From Myxococcales bacterium (GTDB taxonomy: Bacteria; Myxococcota_A; Polyangia; Polyangiales; Ga0077539), in contig JANNCG010000476.1 of NCBI GenBank assembly GCA_031386385.1, positions 1 through 44,472 on the forward strand: DNA of 44,472 nucleotides. The letters run 5' to 3'. Below, in pieces: positions 1 through 8,350 of the stretch; the stretch's first letter is position 1, and the number at the start of each line of letters is the position of its first letter. A program made the position numbers and the translations under genes. Below the pieces are notes generated by a model. The model ran no database searches and was not told the DNA's origin. It worked only from the letters and a program-made list of their open reading frames with translations.

Positions 1-460
1 CCATTGGCGCAATTGCGGCACTTGGGATCGACTCGCTATTCTTAATCGCAATGATGTCTACAATTTTTTTCAATTCTGTTCGTATCACCGCAGCGTCGTT
101 TTCGCTGACTCCGAGCATTGATACTCCGAACACTGGCGCACCCAAATCATCAACGACGTCGAGTTCCGCGCTCACTGGCGCGCCATCAATCTGCCAAAGA
201 AATGAGATCGGCTCAGCACTGAGTCCCCCAAAGGCCGACCGCATCATTCCCGGACGAGCGAGCCGGATACCTGCAGACGCGAGTAACTCCGCGGTTACCT
301 CACGTCGTGGAGCATCGACCGAGACGGATCCGATCGCGAGGGCCTCCAATACGTTGGTTTTTCCGCCGCCGTTCTCGCCGATGAACACGTTGAGACGCCC
401 CAGTTCGATTGTCTGGTCAACGATGCTCTTGAAGTTTTGGATCCTAAACGACTCAATCAT
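1..460 (-). CDS. P-loop ATPase, N-terminal part only (RecF/SMC-like or OLD/AAA15-like); the gene runs off the left edge
   Basis: Absent from the ORF track because it has no stop codon in the window. The reverse complement from the ATG at 460-458 reads MIESFRIQNFKSIVDQTIELGRLNVFIGENGGGKTNVLEALAIGSV... This is an N-terminal strand plus Walker A (GENGGGKT), as in RecF/OLD/AAA15 ATPases. The listed + ORF 51..473 is its antisense shadow. Confidence 0.6.
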   Translation of the reverse strand, partial: MIESFRIQNFKSIVDQTIELGRLNVFIGENGGGKTNVLEALAIGSVSVDAPRREVTAELLASAGIRLARPGMMRSAFGGLSAEPISFLWQIDGAPVSAELDVVDDLGAPVFGVSMLGVSENDAAVIRTELKKIVDIIAIKNSESIPSAAIAPM

Positions 461-598
461 TGCACACGTTTAGGATATACCGTGACCGCCAGCGACGGTC
501 GAACCTCATCCAACGCCACGCTCAAAAAACCAACAGCGTCGCTGGACACAAAACGGGGCACGAACTGCAAACGCACACATCCATGCGAGGGGAAGCTC

Positions 599-2146
599 TC
601 ACGACGCGAGCGAAGTCCCCTTGCGTCGCCGCACCGAGAGCACCTGCATCACGCTCATCGCCACCATGCACCCCAACGGAACCAATCCCATCGCCGGTGC
701 GATCACCATGCCCACATCACCAAGATAGCTTCGCCCCACGCTGCCCGCGCAGTAAAGCACCGGCAACAGCGAAGTGAGCCCGCTCGCGATCGCTATGTGC
801 TCACCCCGCGCCTTCAACCGCTGCGCGATGGGAGCTGCTACGATCGCTCCTGCTGCCATCACGCCCAACGCGTGGACGAGAAAACTCACGTGCGTACGAA
901 TCGCGCTCAGAGACCACCCTGGCCCCACCGCCGCGTAGCCCAAAAGCGCCCCGAGAGGCACTACCCAAGCGCCAAACCACTGCCGCCCTCGCCCGAGTTT
1001 TATCGCATAAATCGCTGCTAACACCCACAGGACAGCATACGCTAACGCCCTTTTGTTGCGTGCGTTTTCTTGCTGCACACGAGCGCGCTCCCAGCGAGCC
1101 CACATTTGCGCCGACCGCCGCACTGCAGCCGCTCTCTCAACAGTCACGTCGGCCGCACCGTGCTCGCGATCAAGCACTGCGGGATGCAATGTGTGCTGGG
1201 GCCACGGGACACCGAGCGCGTTTGCCACCGTCGCGGCCATCGCTCCGCTTGACTCAAGTGACCGAGAATAAATTGTGCTCTCAAGCTCGCTCTGCTCGGT
1301 TGCCAAGCGTGACCATCGCACGCGCCTAACGGAGGGCTCTGGACCGCCGTGACCGCCCGCAGGCAAGTGACCGTGGTCCGAACCAACATAGATTGAAAGT
1401 TGTGTGCCGTCCGTTGTGTGAGCCATCAGCCCGGCGTACAACTGCCTGACGCGCTCTACGCTCGCGCGCACCTCTCGGTGATAAGGCTCGCTCGCGGATC
1501 CATGGTCGTGCCCGACACCGTCCGTCCGCGTCCAGTGAACGATGAGCAAATTGGCTCCATTTTCGTACAGTCTCAGCACCTTTGCGACGTCGTCGGCGTC
1601 AGCTCCTCGCAGTCGCGCGTCGGTGGGTCGACCCGCCAGTTCATAAAACCACTGCACCGAGTCCAGCGCCCAGGCCACAGTCCCGCCCGAGGCACGCGCG
1701 CGATCAACAAAAGTGTCTTGGCGCGAGGGTCCTACGTACGCGTTGGTTCGAATAGCGCTGATGGCTTGATCCACGCCCGTGAGGACAACGTGGTAGCCGG
1801 GGCGAGAGAGGGAGGGGGTTCCGGTGTCGAAGATGCCCGACCATGCGATGGGAAAAGGGCGCTGCTCACCCATCGCTATGCGGTCCCATGCGTCTACGGT
1901 GACACCGTCAAGAAGGATAAAAACCACGCGTCGGGATGTCCTCGCAGGGGGTGTTTCTGCCGTGTTGATGGGCTGGTCAAGCCGCACCTCGGGATCGACA
2001 TCGTTGAGCGAATCGAGCAAAAATCTGCCGACCAATCCCCCAAATATCACTGCAAAAAGCCAAGCAAAAATGAGTTTTATGCGCGCACTTAACAAACGAT
2101 CCTGTAGCAAATCTTGGGTCACGTGTAGGGGTGTGCACAAGAGCAC
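599..2146 (-). CDS. Membrane-anchored alkaline phosphatase superfamily protein (type I phosphodiesterase / nucleotide pyrophosphatase-like)
   Basis: 515-aa ORF with an N-terminal TM helix. The core carries alkaline-phosphatase-superfamily metal and nucleophile motifs (VVFILLDGVTVD, TGTPSLSRPGYHVVLTG, TDGVGHDHG, GSDHGH). Several hydrophobic helices follow at the C-terminus. Confidence 0.65.
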   Translation of the reverse strand: MLLCTPLHVTQDLLQDRLLSARIKLIFAWLFAVIFGGLVGRFLLDSLNDVDPEVRLDQPINTAETPPARTSRRVVFILLDGVTVDAWDRIAMGEQRPFPIAWSGIFDTGTPSLSRPGYHVVLTGVDQAISAIRTNAYVGPSRQDTFVDRARASGGTVAWALDSVQWFYELAGRPTDARLRGADADDVAKVLRLYENGANLLIVHWTRTDGVGHDHGSASEPYHREVRASVERVRQLYAGLMAHTTDGTQLSIYVGSDHGHLPAGGHGGPEPSVRRVRWSRLATEQSELESTIYSRSLESSGAMAATVANALGVPWPQHTLHPAVLDREHGAADVTVERAAAVRRSAQMWARWERARVQQENARNKRALAYAVLWVLAAIYAIKLGRGRQWFGAWVVPLGALLGYAAVGPGWSLSAIRTHVSFLVHALGVMAAGAIVAAPIAQRLKARGEHIAIASGLTSLLPVLYCAGSVGRSYLGDVGMVIAPAMGLVPLGCMVAMSVMQVLSVRRRKGTSLAS

Positions 2147-2222
2147 AGATGGACGTTAGCAAGGCGACAAAATCTGGGGACTGGTCCTTCAGCGAGTGTG
2201 AGTGGAGATCTGCAACACTTGA

Positions 2223-5200
2223 ATGACCAAACTAGTCTATTCTCCGGCGCAACTTACTTACGCTATGAAGCTCGCAGACCGATACATCATTGACCGACAC
2301 GTTGGCGCCGGAGGCGGAGGCGGCGTGTACCTTGTGCGTGATCGGCTCGCAGACAACGCCCCCATGGTGCTCAAGCGCTTGCTCGCGCATGCGCAGGCAG
2401 GCGTCGCTCAGTGGCTGGTCAACGAGTTTCAAGTGTTGGCGCAGCTGGACCTCCCGGCCGTGGCCCGAGTGTATGATTTTGGACTCGCTGAGGCAGACTC
2501 AGAGGACCCAGGCGGTCCATTTTTTACCCGCGAATTCATTGACGGAACTCCCCTCGACCGCGCCCTCAAAGACACGCACCCCTCGGCGACTCACCTCGCA
2601 GAGATGTTCTCTTCCGCCGCCGAAGCCCTCCGCGCGATGCATCGTTTGGGCGTGGTGCACGGGGACCTGAAGCCGGCGAACATGGTGGTTCCGGCGGATA
2701 CGAAGCCGCGGGGGCCGGTGGTGTTGATCGACTTCGGTCTCGCGCATGGCGCCTTGGGTGCAGCGGACCACGTGCGCGGAGGGACCATCGCGTTTATGCC
2801 CCCCGAGCGTCGCGAGAAGCTCTACGCCGGTGAAGCCCTCGCACCCGATCCGCGCGCGGACCTTTACGCGCTAGCAGCATCGCTGTTGGCGTGTGTTGGG
2901 ATCGAGCAGCATGATGGGCCCGTGCCACCGATGGTGAGCGCAGATCCCTTGCTGATGGCCTTGGCGGCGATCGGACGTCAGGGAGCGTCGCCCGATCCTG
3001 ACCAGCGGTTTCGAACGTGTGATGACTTTCTCGCGGCGCTGCAGAGCGCCGTGCCACATAGCTACAGTGGGAGCTTGGTGCAGTCGCGAGTGATCTTGCG
3101 ACCCGAGGGCCGCGAGGCAGAGTTGGGGCAGCTGCTTGAGCACATAGCGAGGCGTTTAGTGCGCAAATCAGGCGGCGATTCGGTGCTGCTTGTCGAGGGC
3201 GAAGAGGGCTCTGGCAAGACCACCCTGCTTCGCGAGCTGACCTGGCGCGCACAACTTCGGGGTGTCCAAGTAGTGCACATTCAAGGCGACGCGGGTGAAG
3301 GGCCAGCCAATCGCATCGCGCTCGGAGCAGAGGTTCTCTCGGGGCAGACGCTCGCCGATCGTTCGGCGGATTCCATCGCTGCGGCGTATCGAAAAGCGCT
3401 GACACAAGCGCCAGTGTTGATCATCGCCGATGACATCGATCGCGCCGATCCGTCAGTGCATGAGCTGTTGCGATCCATCGCTTTTACCTTTGATACGCAA
3501 GAGCCCTTTGTCTTGCTGGCGGCGACCGCTGATCTGTCACGGACCTCGAAGCTCGCGGCGACCGCTACGGTCACGCTAGGGCCGCTTGATGAGACCGCCG
3601 TCGCCTCACTTTGTGCGCAAATTCTCGGACCCACAGAGCCGGGAGTGGTGACCGCCGTGCGTGAGCGGACAGGCTCATTGCCGCTCGCGGTCAGCGAGAT
3701 GCTTCGTGCCCTCGCAGACACGGGGGCTGTCACCGCCGACGATGTCGCCCGCGCAGAGATCCTGCCAAAAGCCCAAGAGCTCGCGCGCAGAAGAGCGCAG
3801 AGCATGCCGCTGTCCGTGCGCCTCGCGGTCGCAAAAGCCTATGCCCTTGGTGGAACCGCCACCGCCGCACAGCTGCTCACAATGGGTGTCGAGAGCGAGC
3901 ACATCACCAACGCGCGCGTCCTTGGTGCGCTAGAGATCAAAGCCAACTCAACGCTGTCGCCGTCTAACCCGACGTTGGCGCAGGCGGTCTTAGATTCGCT
4001 CGATGACGCACAGAAGCACGCGCTCTTTGGGGCCGCGGTGACCGTGCTTCGTCAGATGGTCCCTTTGCCGCAACATGCGCTCTTGGCACAGGCAGAATTG
4101 CGTGCAAATTTGCTTACCGAAGCTGTCGCTTCTACACGCATCGCGACCGTTGAGCTCCGCAAGGCCAACATGCCCTACGCGGCCGCGCAGCTGTTGCGAG
4201 CGGTGCGAGCGAGGGTTCCGCAGTTGCTGAGCGCAGCGGATGTTCTTGAAGAGGCAGAGCTCAGTCGGGCAGCGGGAGAGCTAGCTCCTGCAGCGGAGGC
4301 CGCAGAGATCGCGTCTAAGAGCGATGATCCCTCGGTGGCACAAAAAGCGCGACAGATTCTCTGCTATGCAATGGGCCACCTGGGCAAGATCGCCGAAGCG
4401 CGAGCCATTGGTGAGCTGGGGTATGAGCAAGCGAGCAGCGCCGATGAGCGCGCGGAGTTTGCACACCACCTCGCGCGAGCTGACATGTTGGCGGGCGAAT
4501 ATGCTGCTTGTAGTGCGCGATGCCAGAGCGCGCTAAGCGAACCAATGAGCGAGCCCAACCGCGCAAAGCTCTCGTCGCTCGGCGGGTTAGCAGCAGGATG
4601 GATTGGCGACAACCAACGCGCGCAGGTGTTGCTTGAGTCTGCCTTGTCGCTGTGGGAGCAGCAAAACAATCCCCTCGAAGAGTCGAGCACGTTGGCCTAT
4701 CTGGCGATTGGTCGCGACCGCGTGGGTGACAACGAAGGCGCTCGTGCGCTGTACGAGCGTGCCCTTGAGCGCGCCCGGATTGCAGCAAATACCGCACAGA
4801 TGGCCTCAGCGCGGTTAAACCTCGGTCGGGTACTTGAGCAAATGGGAGACCTCACCGGCTCGATGGAGCACCTCACGGCGGCCGAAAAACTGGCCCGTCG
4901 CGCAGGCTCGGCGCAGGTGTCGATGGGCGCGCAGCTCAATCTAGCAAACCATCTGCTCAAAGTGGGCTCGTATGAGCGCGCACTTCAATCACTTGAGAGT
5001 GCAAAAACACTCGCACATTCGTTAGGCCTTCGTGCCCTGTATGCGCACGCTCTACAAGGGATCGCCGTCGCACAGGCGCGCTTGCAGCGGTACGACTTGG
5101 CGCTGAGTACCGCAGAAAAAGCGCAAGAAGAGTTTGTTGGGATCCACGACGATGAGGCGCTAGCGGACGCATGGCTTGACACTGCCGAGACGCTGCTTGA

Positions 5201-7247
5201 TCGCGATAGCCCTGGAGACCGCGAGCTCGCGCAAGAGCGTTTGGACCAGGCAAAATCGACGGTCGATGAGCGCAACGATTTGGTGATGACCTCACGATGG
5301 AAGTGGCTCTGTGGACGGATCGCGCTCGCTAAGAACGACAACCGCTCGGCCAATCGAATGCTCACCGATGCCATTGATGGGGCCGAGAAGGCTGGGCAGT
5401 GGGAGCTTCGCGCCAACGCCCTCGCGACCCGGGCTTCACTTCACGCGAGCACCGGAGCAGAGCTTCACGCGAAGCGGGACCGAGAGCGCGCGGTGGAAGT
5501 GCTCGAGTCGGTCTCGTCGATTTTGCCGCCAGACCTGCGCAGCGCGTTTTGGAGCGTTCCGTCTCGCGTAGCGCTTCGGGCGCCGGAGCAACCACCATCA
5601 ATTCAGCTTCAAAAACACACAGAATCTCCATTGACGTTGTCCTCGCTCTCCGCTGGACTCACCTCGCACGGAGTCACCATCAGCGCGCAGGATCGGCGGT
5701 TGGTGCTGCTCATTGAGCTGTCGCGAAGAGTCAACGAAGAGCGCACGTTGGACGGAGTGCTCGACTTGACCGCGCGATCGGCTGCGGATTTGACACTGGC
5801 AGAGAGAGCAGTCGTGTTGCTCACAGAGCCAAACGGAGCGCTCACGTTGCGCGCGATGGTGGGTGCAGCGACGGATGGGACAGAGATGTTCTCGCGCTCG
5901 ATTGCTGAGAGTGCTTTGATAGATGGCGAGGTTTTGGCCTCGCATAACGCGCAGAGCGACCGACGGTTTTCGGATTTTCAGTCCGTGCACGACCGCGCAG
6001 TGGGGGCGGTGGCTGCTGTTCCGATTCGGGTGCGGGGGCGAACGTTGGGTGTGTTGTATATCGAGAATCGTCGGCGGCAGGCGGCGTGGTCTGCGATGGA
6101 CGTCACCCTGCTTCGTGCGTTTGCTGAGCAGGCGGGTGTAGCGGTTGAGCGCGCGCAGTTGATCTCGCAGCTTGAGCTTCGAACAAGCGAGCTTGAGCAG
6201 GCCAAAACCGAGGTGCAGGCGCTGTTGGCCGAGCGAACGGCTGAGCTTGAAGACACCCGACACTCCCTTGCACGCGCAGAAGAAGCGCTTCGTTCTCGGT
6301 TTGCACCAGAAGGAATCGTCGCGACCTCTGCGGTGATGCGCAAGCTGCTCACGGTGGTTGAGCGGGTGAAGGACACCGATGTTCCGGTCGTGATTGAGGG
6401 CGAGAGCGGGACGGGCAAAGAGCTCATCGCGCGTGCGCTGCATTTTTCGGGAGCTCGCGCCCGCGGACCGTTTGTCGTGACCAACTGTGGGGCGATCCCT
6501 GAGTCACTGATGGAGAGCGAGTTGTTCGGTCACTTGAAGGGCTCTTTCACCGGCGCAGACCGAGACCGTCGAGGGCTGATCGCGTCGGCGAACAAGGGGA
6601 CGCTCATGCTGGACGAGATCGGTGATATGCCACTTAAAATGCAGGTCGAACTATTGCGCGTGTTGCAGGACAAGCGCGTGCGACCCATTGGCTCTGATCG
6701 CGAAGAGAATGTCGATGTGCGAATCGTCGCGGCGAGCAACAAGTCGCTCAAACAGCTCGTCGCGGACGGAAGGTTTCGCGAAGATTTATACTATCGCATA
6801 TCAGTTGTGACGCTGCGCGTGCCTGCGCTGCGAGAGAGGGCAGAAGAAATTCCTGCACTCGCGAGTCACTTTATCGCAAAAATTGCAGAAGAACAGGGCC
6901 TCCCCCGCAAGAAGGTCTCGCGTGAAGCCCTCGCCCGCTTGCACCGCGCGCCTTGGCCTGGAAACATCCGCCAGCTGCGGCACGTTCTCGAGAGCGCATT
7001 TGTCCTGGGTGACGGGCCAACGATCGAAGCGGAGCATCTCAACCTCGACGAGAGCAAAGAGCAAGACGTCTTGATCGCTGGCAAAGCAGGCTCGCCAACG
7101 GCTCTGCGGCGCGCCGCTGAGCGCCAAAAAATCGTCGACGCACTTGAGCAAGTGAACTGGAACAAAGTCAAAGCAGCCACCGTTTTGGGCATGCCCCGCA
7201 GAACGCTCTACCGCCGACTCAAAGACTTTGGGCTTCTCGACGAGTAG
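2223..7247 (+). CDS. Multidomain regulator: Ser/Thr protein kinase, STAND-like P-loop NTPase, TPR-like helical region, GAF, sigma54-interaction AAA+ domain, Fis-type HTH (enhancer-binding protein)
   Basis: Uninterrupted 1674-aa ORF.
- Kinase: G-loop GAGGGGGVY, Lys in VLKRL, HGDLKPAN (nt 2658-2681), DFG, PPE.
- P-loop NTPase: GEEGSGKT (nt 3198-3221) with Walker B VLIIADDID.
- Long Ala/Leu-rich TPR-like repeats at aa ~700-1100.
- GAF-like segment at aa ~1160-1310 (VPIRVRGRTLGVLYIENRR), followed by a coiled coil.
- Sigma54 AAA+: GESGTGKE (nt 6399-6422), ESELFGHLKGSFTGA (GAFTGA-type loop, nt 6540-6557), GTLMLDEIGDM, WPGNIRQL.
- C-terminal HTH: NKVKAATVLGMPRRTLYRRLK. Confidence 0.85.
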   Translation: MTKLVYSPAQLTYAMKLADRYIIDRHVGAGGGGGVYLVRDRLADNAPMVLKRLLAHAQAGVAQWLVNEFQVLAQLDLPAVARVYDFGLAEADSEDPGGPFFTREFIDGTPLDRALKDTHPSATHLAEMFSSAAEALRAMHRLGVVHGDLKPANMVVPADTKPRGPVVLIDFGLAHGALGAADHVRGGTIAFMPPERREKLYAGEALAPDPRADLYALAASLLACVGIEQHDGPVPPMVSADPLLMALAAIGRQGASPDPDQRFRTCDDFLAALQSAVPHSYSGSLVQSRVILRPEGREAELGQLLEHIARRLVRKSGGDSVLLVEGEEGSGKTTLLRELTWRAQLRGVQVVHIQGDAGEGPANRIALGAEVLSGQTLADRSADSIAAAYRKALTQAPVLIIADDIDRADPSVHELLRSIAFTFDTQEPFVLLAATADLSRTSKLAATATVTLGPLDETAVASLCAQILGPTEPGVVTAVRERTGSLPLAVSEMLRALADTGAVTADDVARAEILPKAQELARRRAQSMPLSVRLAVAKAYALGGTATAAQLLTMGVESEHITNARVLGALEIKANSTLSPSNPTLAQAVLDSLDDAQKHALFGAAVTVLRQMVPLPQHALLAQAELRANLLTEAVASTRIATVELRKANMPYAAAQLLRAVRARVPQLLSAADVLEEAELSRAAGELAPAAEAAEIASKSDDPSVAQKARQILCYAMGHLGKIAEARAIGELGYEQASSADERAEFAHHLARADMLAGEYAACSARCQSALSEPMSEPNRAKLSSLGGLAAGWIGDNQRAQVLLESALSLWEQQNNPLEESSTLAYLAIGRDRVGDNEGARALYERALERARIAANTAQMASARLNLGRVLEQMGDLTGSMEHLTAAEKLARRAGSAQVSMGAQLNLANHLLKVGSYERALQSLESAKTLAHSLGLRALYAHALQGIAVAQARLQRYDLALSTAEKAQEEFVGIHDDEALADAWLDTAETLLDRDSPGDRELAQERLDQAKSTVDERNDLVMTSRWKWLCGRIALAKNDNRSANRMLTDAIDGAEKAGQWELRANALATRASLHASTGAELHAKRDRERAVEVLESVSSILPPDLRSAFWSVPSRVALRAPEQPPSIQLQKHTESPLTLSSLSAGLTSHGVTISAQDRRLVLLIELSRRVNEERTLDGVLDLTARSAADLTLAERAVVLLTEPNGALTLRAMVGAATDGTEMFSRSIAESALIDGEVLASHNAQSDRRFSDFQSVHDRAVGAVAAVPIRVRGRTLGVLYIENRRRQAAWSAMDVTLLRAFAEQAGVAVERAQLISQLELRTSELEQAKTEVQALLAERTAELEDTRHSLARAEEALRSRFAPEGIVATSAVMRKLLTVVERVKDTDVPVVIEGESGTGKELIARALHFSGARARGPFVVTNCGAIPESLMESELFGHLKGSFTGADRDRRGLIASANKGTLMLDEIGDMPLKMQVELLRVLQDKRVRPIGSDREENVDVRIVAASNKSLKQLVADGRFREDLYYRISVVTLRVPALRERAEEIPALASHFIAKIAEEQGLPRKKVSREALARLHRAPWPGNIRQLRHVLESAFVLGDGPTIEAEHLNLDESKEQDVLIAGKAGSPTALRRAAERQKIVDALEQVNWNKVKAATVLGMPRRTLYRRLKDFGLLDE

Positions 7248-7340
7248 CTTTCACACACGCTGCTGTCTCGCGGCGCCGTCGCAGATAGCATGGTTGTGCC
7301 GAACTGTGCCGAGCCGTTCATCCCGCTTGGATCGCTGTTC

Positions 7341-7356
7341 TCGCTGACAATTTGCC
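7341..7356 (+). promoter_or_regulatory. Candidate upstream element TCGCTGACAATTTGCC (shares a CTGACAA core with 42702-42737)
   Basis: Lies in the 142-nt spacer after the EBP gene. The C of CTGACAA (7344) is 48 nt upstream of the GG of the candidate -24 element. The same 10-mer TCGCTGACAA recurs at 42702-42711. Confidence 0.3.
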
Positions 7357-7390
7357 GCTTGGGTCTCATTTTGCCACATTCTGCGAACGT

Positions 7391-7406
7391 TGGTATGCTC
7401 CCTGCA
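7391..7406 (+). promoter_or_regulatory. Candidate sigma54 (-24/-12) promoter TGGTATGCTCCCTGCA
   Basis: GG at 7392-7393 and GC at 7404-7405 have the canonical spacing of TGGCACG-N4-TTGCW. The flanking T, A5, G7, T13 and A16 match; positions 4, 6 and 12 do not. It is intergenic, directly downstream of a sigma54 activator gene. The predicted transcription start (TSS, about 7417) falls just 3' of the ATG at 7414 and 6 nt before the in-frame GTG at 7423. Confidence 0.35.
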
Positions 7407-7413
7407 GTTGCCT

Positions 7414-7809
7414 ATGCCTACCGTGATCCGTCCCACACGCCTCCTTAGTCTCGTTTGTTGTCTCGCGATGAGCGCGTGCTTGTGGCGGCCACCGATTATT
7501 CCTCCTGGAGCACGGGGGGCAGAAACGGGCGTTGACCTATCCGCACCCGATGTTAGATCTGGCGCCCTCTTTGACGCTCAGATGCCAACGCCATCCGCGG
7601 ACAGCGGAGTCACTAACGGAGGCGAAGCGTTCGATTCGTGCGACGACTACTCTAACCGCATGGATGGTGCGACTCCACCTGACGGAATGCTGCAGCTGCG
7701 AGACGGTTACGTCGCACGTTGCCTCGACTCAGATGGTGATGCAGCGACCTCGGACGCTTCTACAGCACCGATCGACGGAGCTCTCGACGCCCGACCGGAT
7801 GCCAACTAG
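7414..7809 (+). CDS. Hypothetical Asp/Ala-rich lipoprotein
   Basis: The track ORF 7390..7809 starts at a TTG that is part of the TGG promoter motif. The internal ATG (aa 9, nt 7414) gives MPTVIRPTRLLSLVCCLAMSAC, a good lipoprotein-type signal ending in Cys. A GTG at 7423 is an alternative start. No recognisable domain. Confidence 0.45.
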   Translation: MPTVIRPTRLLSLVCCLAMSACLWRPPIIPPGARGAETGVDLSAPDVRSGALFDAQMPTPSADSGVTNGGEAFDSCDDYSNRMDGATPPDGMLQLRDGYVARCLDSDGDAATSDASTAPIDGALDARPDAN

Positions 7810-7855
7810 CGAGGCTGTCGGCTCTACTCCAACTCGTGCTATCGTTCGAGAAGTC

Positions 7856-8350
7856 GTGCACCGCACTTACCTCCGTTCGATTCAGTACGTATTAGGCACC
7901 CTGACTCTCGCGGTCTCGCTTGTGGGTTGTCCGCCCGGCAGTCAGCCAGCCCGAGACGGCGGGCGTCGCTGTGCCAGCCTCGCAGAGTGCAATCCTAGCG
8001 GAGCAACATGTGGTGTGGTGACGGACTGTATCCTCGGCTTCTGCGCCAACACAACGATGACCCGCGCTTGCCCCGATGGAGCGTACCCTCCATCGGACTC
8101 ATCTTCGGGAGAGTGCCTTCAAAGCGAGGACTGCAATCCGCCAAACAGCTGTGGTCCCATCATCGCGTGCATCAATTTTAACTGTGATCGCAACGGTCCG
8201 AGAATCACGATTCCCTGCATTGACGCGGGCGAACCGATTCGCGACAGTGGACGCACTGAGATCGATGTGCAGTCCATTGACGTGCAGTCCATCGACAGTT
8301 CGCAGGATGTGTTGGTCGACCGCCCCCTTGTTACCGACACTCGCGACTAG
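7856..8350 (+). CDS. Hypothetical Cys-rich lipoprotein
   Basis: This is the 3' part of ORF 7532..8350. The first ~108 codons overlap 7414..7809 in another frame and look non-coding. An in-frame GTG at 7856 gives (M)HRTYLRSIQYVLGTLTLAVSLVGC, with a lipobox. The mature part has about 14 Cys (CASLAECNPSGATCGVVTDCILGFC...). Confidence 0.45.
   Translation: MHRTYLRSIQYVLGTLTLAVSLVGCPPGSQPARDGGRRCASLAECNPSGATCGVVTDCILGFCANTTMTRACPDGAYPPSDSSSGECLQSEDCNPPNSCGPIIACINFNCDRNGPRITIPCIDAGEPIRDSGRTEIDVQSIDVQSIDSSQDVLVDRPLVTDTRD
8261..8296 (+). repeat. Tandem 15-nt coding repeat, about 2.4 copies (IDVQS IDVQS ID)
   Basis: atcgatgtgcagtcc / attgacgtgcagtcc / atcgac inside the CDS 7856..8350. Coordinates follow from the codon index (aa 244 of ORF 7532). 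Confidence 0.8.

Noticed and set aside
51-473. 140-aa + strand ORF at the left edge
   Set aside because: It is the antisense shadow of the minus-strand ATPase gene, whose Walker A motif and N-terminus read cleanly. The + frame translation is low-complexity Ser/Thr/Ala/Pro, typical of GC-rich antisense frames.
437-2162. Numerous overlapping ORFs of 60-230 aa on both strands across the phosphatase-family gene, and similar stacks across every large gene in the window
   Set aside because: These are GC-rich out-of-frame or antisense ORFs with Arg/Pro/Ala/Ser-rich, motif-free translations. Each is fully contained in a longer ORF with clear domain motifs.
7532-7855. N-terminal 108 codons of the 272-aa ORF 7532..8350
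   Set aside because: This part overlaps the better-supported lipoprotein CDS 7414..7809 in another frame and has no signal peptide. A lipobox-containing signal appears only after the in-frame GTG at 7856.
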